From the NCBI GenBank assembly GCA_964057225.1, contig OZ059897.1:18414001-18478000 (forward strand): a stretch of 64,000 bases of DNA, given 5' to 3'. Below, piece after piece: positions 54,701-64,000 of this stretch; position 1 is the first letter of the stretch, and each line of letters begins with the position of its first letter. The position numbers and the translations under genes are program-made. The notes beneath the pieces were generated by a model. It ran no database searches and was not told where the DNA came from. It was given only the letters and a program-made list of their open reading frames with translations. Origin of the DNA: Auanema rhodensis (Eukaryota; Animalia; Nematoda).

Positions 54701-57700
54701 AAGCTAGCGCAAATCTGATAACACAGATCGACGCAGCTTAAAAATCCGCATCGAATGCACTATACTACATTGAGAAACACTTGATACAAAAATTAGTTAT
54801 GATCGTTTGAAAAATGATGCATTAGTGTATGTTGAGTTTCCATGTACACTCAACATTGCTTCCAAAAACATTTTGACAAAAATTTTTTCGAAAAATTTCA
54901 AAATAATTTAGCAAAAAGTAGATGTTTTAAGATTCCATTTTTCAAGGCAAAGACGATGGACAATGTTATTCAACGAAAAAATTAATTCTTCAGGGTGAAA
55001 ATCGAGGATATAAGTGTGAACTTATATCAGTTGATATCTCGGTGCATTTTTAAGCTAGCGCAAATCTGATAACACAGATCGACGCAGCTTAAAAATCCGC
55101 ATCGAATGCACTATACTACATTGAGAAACGCTTAATACAAAAATTAGTTATGATCGTTTGAAAAATGATGCATTAGTGTATGTTGAGTTTCCATGTACAC
55201 TCAACATTGCTTCCAAAAACATTTTGACAAAAACTTTTTCGAAAAATTTCAAAATAATTTAGCAAAAAGTAGATGTTTTTAGATTCCTTTTTTCAAGGCA
55301 AAGACGATGGACAATGTTATTCAACGAAAAAATTAATTCTTCAGGGTGAAAATCGAGGATATAAGTGTGAACCTATATCAGTTGATATCTCGGTGCATTT
55401 TTAAGCTAGCGCAAATCTGATAACACAGATCGACGCAGCTTAAAAATCCGCATCGAATGCACTATACTACATTGAGAAACGCTTAATACAAAAATTAGTT
55501 ATGATCGTTTGAAAAATGATGCATTAGTGTATGTTGAGTTTCCATGTACACTCAACATTGCTTCCAAAAACATTTTGACAAAAATTTTTTCGAAAAATTT
55601 CAAAATAATTTAGCAAAAAGTAGATGTTTTTAGATTCCTTTTTTCAAGGCAAAGACGATGGACAATGTTATTCAACGAAAAAATTATTTCTTCAGGGTGA
55701 AAATCGAGGATATAAGTGTGAACTTATATCAGTTGATATCTCGGTGCATTTTTAAGCTAGCGCAAATCTGATAACACAGATCGACGCAGCTTAAAAATCC
55801 GCATCGAATGCACTATACTACATTGAGAAACGCGTGATACAAAAATTAGTTATGATCGTTTGAAAAATGATGCATTAGTGTATGTTGAGTTTCCATGTAC
55901 ACTCAACATTGCTTCCAAAAACATTTTGACAAAAATTTTTTCGAAAAATTTCAAAATAATTTAGCAAAAAGTAGATGTTTTTAGATTCCTTTTTTCAAGG
56001 CAAAGACGATGGACAATGTTATTCAACGAAAAAATTATTTCTTCAGGGTGAAAATCGAGGATATAAGTGTGAACTTATATCAGTTGATATCTCGGTGCAT
56101 TTTTAAGCTAGCGCAAATCTGATAACACAGATCGACGCAGCTTAAAAATCCGCATCGAATGCACTATACTACATTGAGAAACGCGTGATACAAAAATTAG
56201 TTATGATCGTTTGAAAAATGATGCATTAGTGTATGTTGAGTTTCCATGTACACTCAACATTGCTTCCAAAAACATTTTGACAAAAATTTTTTCGAAAAAT
56301 TTCAAAATAATTTAGCAAAAAGTAGATGTTTTTAGATTCCTTTTTTCAAGGCAAAGACGATGGACAATGTTATTCAACGAAAAAATTATTTCTTCAGGGT
56401 GAAAATCGAGGATATAAGTGTGAACTTATATCAGTTGATATCTCGGTGCATTTTTAAGCTAGCGCAAATCTGATAACACAGATCGACGCAGCTTAAAAAT
56501 CCGCATCGAATGCACTATACTACATTGAGAAACGCGTGATACAAAAATTAGTTATGATCGTTTGAAAAATGATGCATTAGTGTATGTTGAGTTTCCATGT
56601 ACACTCAACATTGCTTCCAAAAACATTTTGACAAAAATTTTTTCGAAAAATTTCAAAATAATTTAGCAAAAAGTAGATGTTTTTAGATTCCTTTTTTCAA
56701 GGCAAAGACGATGGACAATGTTATTCAACGAAAAAATTATTTCTTCAGGGTGAAAATCGAGGATATAAGTGTGAACTTATATCAGTTGATATCTCGGTGC
56801 ATTTTTAAGCTAGCGCAAATCTGATAACACAGATCGACGCAGCTTAAAAATCCGCATCGAATGCACTATACTACATTGAGAAACGCGTGATACAAAAATT
56901 AGTTATGATCGTTTGAAAAATGATGCATTAGTGTATGTTGAGTTTCCATGTACACTCAACATTGCTTCCAAAAACATTTTGACAAAAATTTTTTCGAAAA
57001 ATTTCAAAATAATTTAGCAAAAAGTAGATGTTTTTAGATTCCTTTTTTCAAGGCAAAGACGATGGACAATGTTATTCAACGAAAAAATTATTTCTTCAGG
57101 GTGAAAATCGAGGATATAAGTGTTAACTTATATCAGTTGATATCTCGGTGCAATTTTAAGCTAGCGCAAATCTGATAACACAGATCGACGCAGCTTAAAA
57201 ATCCGCATCGAATGCACTATACTACATTGAAAAACGCTTGATACAAAAATTAGTTATGATCGTTTGAAAAATGATGCATTAGTGTATGTTGAGTTTCCAT
57301 GTACACTCAACATTGCTTCCAAAAACATTTTGACAAAAATTTTTTCGAAAAATTTCAAAATAATTTAGCAAAAAGTAGATGTTTTTAGATTCCTTTTTTC
57401 AAGGCAAAGACGATGGACAATGTTATTCAACGAAAAAATTATTTCTTCAGGGTGAAAATCGAGGATATAAGTGTGAACTTATATCAGTTGATATCTCGGT
57501 GCATTTTTAAGCTAGCGCAAATCTGATAACACAGATCGACGCAGCTTAAAAATCCGCATCGAATGCACTATACTACATTGAGAAACGCGTGATACAAAAA
57601 TTAGTTATGATCGTTCGAAAAATGATGCATTAGTGTATGTTGAGTTTCCATGTACACTCAACATTGCTTCCAAAAACATTTTGACAAAAATTTTTTCGAA

Positions 57701-60700
57701 AAATTTCAAAATAATTTAGCAAAAAGTAGATGTTTTTAGATTCCTTTTTTCAAGGCAAAGACGATGGACAATGTTATTCAACGAAAAAATTATTTCTTCA
57801 GGGTGAAAATCGAGGATATAAGTGTTAACTTATATCAGTTGATATCTCGGTGCAATTTTAAGCTAGCGCAAATCTGATAACACAGATCGACGCAGCTTAA
57901 AAATCCGCATCGAATGCACTATACTACATTGAAAAACGCTTGATACAAAAATTAGTTATGATCGTTTGAAAAATGATGCATTAGTGTATGTTGAGTTTCC
58001 ATGTACACTCAACATTGCTTCCAAAAACATTTTGACAAAAATTTTTTCGAAAAATTTCAAAATAATTTAGCAAAAAGTAGATGTTTTTAGATTCCTTTTT
58101 TCAAGGCAAAGACGATGGACAATGTTATTCAACGAAAAAATTATTTCTTCAGGGTGAAAATCGAGGATATAAGTGTGAACTTATATCAGTTGATATCTCG
58201 GTGCATTTTTAAGCTAGCGCAAATCTGATAACACAGATCGACGCAGCTTAAAAATCCGCATCGAATGCACTATACTACATTGAGAAACGCGTGATACAAA
58301 AATTAGTTATGATCGTTTGAAAAATGATGCATTAGTGTATGTTGAGTTTCCATGTACACTCAACATTGCTTCCAAAAACATTTTGACAAAAATTTTTTCG
58401 AAAATCTTCAAAATAATTTAGCAAAAAGTAGATGTTTTTAGATTCCTTTTTTCAAGGCAAAGACGATGGACAATGCTATTCAACGAAAAAATTATTTCTT
58501 CAGGGTGAAAATCGAGGATATAAGTGTGAACTTATATCAGTTGATATCTCGGTGCATTTTTAAGCTAGCGCAAATCTGATAACACAGATCGACGCAGCTT
58601 AAAAATCCGCATCGAATGCACTATACTACATTGAGAAACGCGTGATACAAAAATTAGTTATGATCGTTTGAAAAATGATGCATTAGTGTATGTTGAGTTT
58701 CCATGTACACTCAACATTGCTTCCAAAAACATTTTGACAAAAATTTTTTCGAAAAATTTCAAAATAATTTAGCAAAAAGTAGATGTTTTTAGATTCCTTT
58801 TTTCAAGGCAAAGACGATGGACAATGTTATTCAACGAAAAAATTAATTCTTCAGGGTGAAAATCGAGGATATAAGTGTGAACTTATATCAGTTGATATCT
58901 CGGTGTATTTTTAAGCTAGCGCAAATCTGATAACACAGATCGACGCAGCTTAAAAATACGCATCGAATGCACTATACTACATTGAGAAACGCTTAATACA
59001 AAAATTAGTTATGATCGTTTGAAAAATGATGCATTAGTGTATGTTGAGTTTCCATGTACACTCAACATTGCTTCCAAAAACATTTTGACAAAAACTTTTT
59101 CGAAAAATTTCAAAATAATTTAGCAAAAAGTAGATGTTTTTAGATTCCTTTTTTCAAGGCAAAGACGATGGACAATGTTATTCAACGAAAAAATTAATTC
59201 TTCAGGGTGAAAATCGAGGATATAAGTGTGAACTTATATCAGTTGATATCTCGGTGCATTTTTAAGCTAGCGCAAATCTGATAACACAGATCGACGCAGC
59301 TTAAAAATCCGCATCGAATGCACTATACTACATTGAAAAACGCTTGATACAAAAATTAGTTATGATCGTTTGAAAAATGATGCATTAGTGTATGTTGAGT
59401 TTCCATGTACACTCAACATTGCTTCCAAAAACATTTTGACAAAAATTTTTTCGAAAAATTTCAAAATAATTTAGCAAAAAGTAGATGTTTTTGGATTCCT
59501 TTTTTCAAGGCAAAGACGATGGACAATGTTATTTAACGAAAAAATTAATTCTTCAGGGTGAAAATCGAGGATATAAGTGTGAACTTATATCAGTTGATAT
59601 CTCGGTGCATTTTTAAGCTAGCGCAAATCTGATAACACAGATCGACGCAGCTTAAAAATCCGCATCGAATGCACTATACTACATTGAAAAACGCTTGATA
59701 CAAAAATTAGTTATGATCGTTTGAAAAATGATGCATTAGTGTATGTTGAGTTTCCATGTACACTCAACATTGCTTCCAAAAACATTTTGACAAAAATTTT
59801 TTCGAAAAATTTCAAAATAATTTAGCAAAAAGTAGATGTTTTTAGATTCCTTTTTTCAAGGCAAAGACGATGGACAATGTTATTTAACGAAAAAATTAAT
59901 TCTTCAGGGTGAAAATCGAGGATATAAGTGTGAACTTATATCAGTTGATATCTCGGTGCATTTTTAAGCTAGCGCAAATCTGATAACACAGATCGACGCA
60001 GCTTAAAAATCCGCATCGAATGCACTATACTACATTGAGAAACGCTTAATACAAAAATTAGTTATGATCGTTTGAAAAATGATGCATTAGTGTATGTTGA
60101 GTTTCCATGTACACTCAACATTGCTTCCAAAAACATTTTGACAAAAATTTTTTCGAAAAATTTCAAAATAATTTAGCAAAAAGTAGATGTTTTTAGATTC
60201 CATTTTTCAAGGCAAAGACGATGGACAATGTTATTCAACGAAAAAATTAATTCTTCAGGGTGAAAATCGAGGATATAAGTGTGAACTTATATCAGTTGAT
60301 ATCTCGGTGCATTTTTAAGCTAGCGCAAATCTGATAACACAGATCGACGCAGCTTAAAAATCCGCATCGAATGCACTATACTACATTGAGAAACACTTGA
60401 TACAAAAATTAGTTATGATCGTTTGAAAAATGATGCATTAGTGTATGTTGAGTTTCCATGTACACTCAACATTGCTTCCAAAAACATTTTGACAAAAATT
60501 TTTTCGAAAAATTTCAAAATAATTTAGCAAAAAGTAGATGTTTTTAGATTCCTTTTTTCAAGGCAAAGACGATGGACAATGTTATTTAACGAAAAAATTA
60601 ATTCTTCAGGGTGAAAATCGAGGATATAAGTGTGAACTTATATCAGTTGATATCTCGGTGCATTTTTAAGCTAGCGCAAATCTGATAACACAGATCGACG

Positions 60701-63700
60701 CAGCTTAAAAATCCGCATCGAATGCACTATACTACATTGAGAAACGCTTAATACAAAAATTAGTTATGATCGTTTGAAAAATGATGCATTAGTGTATGTT
60801 GAGTTTCCATGTACACTCAACATTGCTTCCAAAAACATTTTGACAAAAATTTTTTCGAAAAATTTCAAAATAATTTAGCAAAAAGTAGATGTTTTTAGAT
60901 TCCATTTTTCAAGGCAAAGACGATGGACAATGTTATTCAACGAAAAAATTAATTCTTCAGGGTGAAAATCGAGGATATAAGTGTGAACTTATATCAGTTG
61001 ATATCTCGGTGCATTTTTAAGCTAGCGCAAATCTGATAACACAGATCGACGCAGCTTAAAAATCCGCATCGAATGCACTATACTACATTGAGAAACACTT
61101 GATACAAAAATTAGTTATGATCGTTTGAAAAATGATGCATTAGTGTATGTTGAGTTTCCATGTACACTCAACATTGCTTCCAAAAACATTTTGACAAAAA
61201 TTTTTTCGAAAAATTTCAAAATAATTTAGCAAAAAGTAGATGTTTTTAGATTCCATTTTTCAAGGCAAAGACGATGGACAATGTTATTCAACGAAAAAAT
61301 TAATTCTTCAGGGTGAAAATCGAGGATATAAGTGTGAACTTATATCAGTTGATATCTCGGTGCATTTTTAAGCTAGCGCAAATCTGATAACACAGATCGA
61401 CGCAGCTTAAAAATCCGCATCGAATGCACTATACTACATTGAGAAACACTTGATACAAAAATTAGTTATGATCGTTTGAAAAATGATGCATTAGTGTATG
61501 TTGAGTTTCCATGTACACTCAACATTGCTTCCAAAAACATTTTGACAAAAATTTTTTCGAAAAATTTCAAAATAATTTAGCAAAAAGTAGATGTTTTAAG
61601 ATTCCATTTTTCAAGGCAAAGACGATGGACAATGTTATTCAACGAAAAAATTAATTCTTCAGGGTGAAAATCGAGGATATAAGTGTGAACTTATATCAGT
61701 TGATATCTCGGTGCATTTTCAAGCTAGCGCAAATCTGATAACACAGATCGACGCAGCTTAAAAATCCGCATCGAATGCACTATACTACATTGAGAAACGC
61801 TTAATACAAAAATTAGTTATGATCGTTTGAAAAATGATGCATTAGTGTATGTTGAGTTTCCATGTACACTCAACATTGCTTCCAAAAACATTTTGACAAA
61901 AACTTTTTCGAAAAATTTCAAAATAATTTAGCAAAAAGTAGATGTTTTTAGATTCCTTTTTTCAAGGCAAAGACGATGGACAATGTTATTCAACGAAAAA
62001 ATTAATTCTTCAGGGTGAAAATCGAGGATATAAGTGTGAACCTATATCAGTTGATATCTCGGTGCATTTTTAAGCTAGCGCAAATCTGATAACACAGATC
62101 GACGCAGCTTAAAAATCCGCATCGAATGCACTATACTACATTGAGAAACGCTTAATACAAAAATTAGTTATGATCGTTTGAAAAATGATGCATTAGTGTA
62201 TGTTGAGTTTCCATGTACACTCAACATTGCTTCCAAAAACATTTTGACAAAAATTTTTTCGAAAAATTTCAAAATAATTTAGCAAAAAGTAGATGATTTT
62301 AGATTCCATTTTTCAAGGCAAAGACGATGGACAATGTTATTCAACGAAAAAATTAATTCTTCAGGGTGAAAATCGAGGATATAAGTGTGAACTTATATCA
62401 GTTGATATCTCGGTGCATTTTTAAGCTAGCGCAAATCTGATAACACAGATCGACGCAGCTTAAAAATCCGCATCGAATGCACTATACTACATTGAGAAAC
62501 ACTTGATACAAAAATTAGTTATGATCGTTTGAAAAATGATGCATTAGTGTATGTTGAGTTTCCATGTACACTCAACATTGCTTCCAAAAACATTTTGACA
62601 AAAATTTTTTCGAAAAATTTCAAAATAATTTAGCAAAAAGTAGATGTTTTAAGATTCCATTTTTCAAGGCAAAGACGATGGACAATGTTATTCAACGAAA
62701 AAATTAATTCTTCAGGGTGAAAATCGAGGATATAAGTGTGAACTTATATCAGTTGATATCTCGGTGCATTTTCAAGCTAGCGCAAATCTGATAACACAGA
62801 TCGACGCAGCTTAAAAATCCGCATCGAATGCACTATACTACATTGAGAAACGCTTAATACAAAAATTAGTTATGATCGTTTGAAAAATGATGCATTAGTG
62901 TATGTTGAGTTTCCATGTACACTCAACATTGCTTCCAAAAACATTTTGACAAAAACTTTTTCGAAAAATTTCAAAATAATTTAGCAAAAAGTAGATGTTT
63001 TTAGATTCCTTTTTTCAAGGCAAAGACGATGGACAATGTTATTCAACGAAAAAATTAATTCTTCATGGTGAAAATCGAGGATATAAGTGTGAACCTATAT
63101 CAGTTGATATCTCGGTGCATTTTTAAGCTAGCGCAAATCTGATAACAGAGATCGACGCAGCTTAAAAATCCGCATCGAATGCACTATACTACATTGAGAA
63201 ACGCTTAATACAAAAATTAGTTATGATCGTTTGAAAAATGATGCATTAGTGTATGTTGAGTTTCCATGTACACTCAACATTGCTTCCAAAAACATTTTGA
63301 CAAAAATTTTTTCGAAAAATTTCAAAATAATTTAGCAAAAAGTAGATGTTTTTAGATTCCTTTTTTCAAGGCAAAGACGATGGACAATGTTATTCAACGA
63401 AAAAATTAATTCTTCATGGTGAAAATCGAGGATATAAGTGTGAACCTATATCAGTTGATATCTCGGTGCATTTTTAAGCTAGCGCAAATCTGATAACAGA
63501 GATCGACGCAGCTTAAAAATCCGCATCGAATGCACTATACTACATTGAGAAACACTTGATACAAAAATTAGTTATGATCGTTTGAAAAATGATGCATTAG
63601 TGTATGTTGAGTTTCCATGTACACTCAACATTGCTTCCAAAAACATTTTGACAAAAATTTTTTCGAAAAATTTCAAAATAATTTAGCAAAAAGTAGATGT

Positions 63701-64000
63701 TTTAAGATTCCATTTTTCAAGGCAAAGACGATGGACAATGTTATTCAACGAAAAAATTAATTCTTCAGGGTGAAAATCGAGGATATAAGTGTGAACTTAT
63801 ATCAGTTGATATCTCGGTGCATTTTCAAGCTAGCGCAAATCTGATAACACAGATCGACGCAGCTTAAAAATCCGCATCGAATGCACTATACTACATTGAG
63901 AAACGCTTAATACAAAAATTAGTTATGATCGTTTGAAAAATGATGCATTAGTGTATGTTGAGTTTCCATGTACACTCAACATTGCTTCCAAAAACATTTT
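48789..64000. repeat. Variant domain III (copies 140-183): more heterogeneous, marked by m19A, m216T, m26G, m296C
   Basis: m19A was seen only in copies 141-171, m216T in 145-173, m26G in 160-168 and m296C in 176-182. More singleton substitutions than upstream. Confidence 0.8.

Larger units (their letters stand above)
1..64000. repeat. Tandem satellite DNA array, 351-bp monomer, about 182.3 head-to-tail copies, running off both window edges
   Basis: TGCACT(T/A)TACTACATT recurs at 1, 352, 703, 1054 ... 63882. The period is 351 bp throughout, except 1-bp deletions in copies 19 and 81 and a 1-bp insertion in copy 139. No unique sequence anywhere. Confidence 0.99.

Noticed and set aside
1-64000. 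CRISPR array
   Set aside because: There are no unique spacers, the entire 351-bp unit repeats, and no cas genes are present.
1-64000. Rolling-circle or assembly artefact, or viroid-like concatemer
   Set aside because: Variants are shared in nested, ordered haplotypes and regional domains. Copying a single circle or random sequencing error would not produce this.

Overview
The whole 64 kb window is one uninterrupted head-to-tail satellite DNA array. The monomer is 351 bp and AT-rich (about 32% GC by hand count). There are 182 complete copies plus a 119-bp partial copy, all in one orientation, typically differing from each other at 0-8 positions. I see no insertion, inversion, gene, RNA gene, CRISPR array or intact mobile element. 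The single ORF (49226..49453) arises because two stop-removing variants coincide in one monomer. Two things carry information. (1) The monomer is rich in inverted repeats: a roughly 67-nt hairpin, a perfect 9-bp stem with a GTGA (GNRA-type) loop that shows one compensatory change, a second 9-bp stem, and a long A/T quasi-palindrome. (2) About 60 variable positions, read copy by copy, define regional variant domains, local 2- to 8-mer higher-order repeats, a duplication at about 21.8 kb offset, and chimeric junction monomers. This fits eukaryotic (peri)centromeric or heterochromatic satellite DNA, possibly from an invertebrate with little CpG methylation. The family and host cannot be named from the sequence alone. 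I found no support for a new protein-coding system; the best candidate for something undescribed is the structured monomer itself. Notation: m## is the position within the monomer (m1 = window position 1 in copy 1). All variant calls were made by eye.
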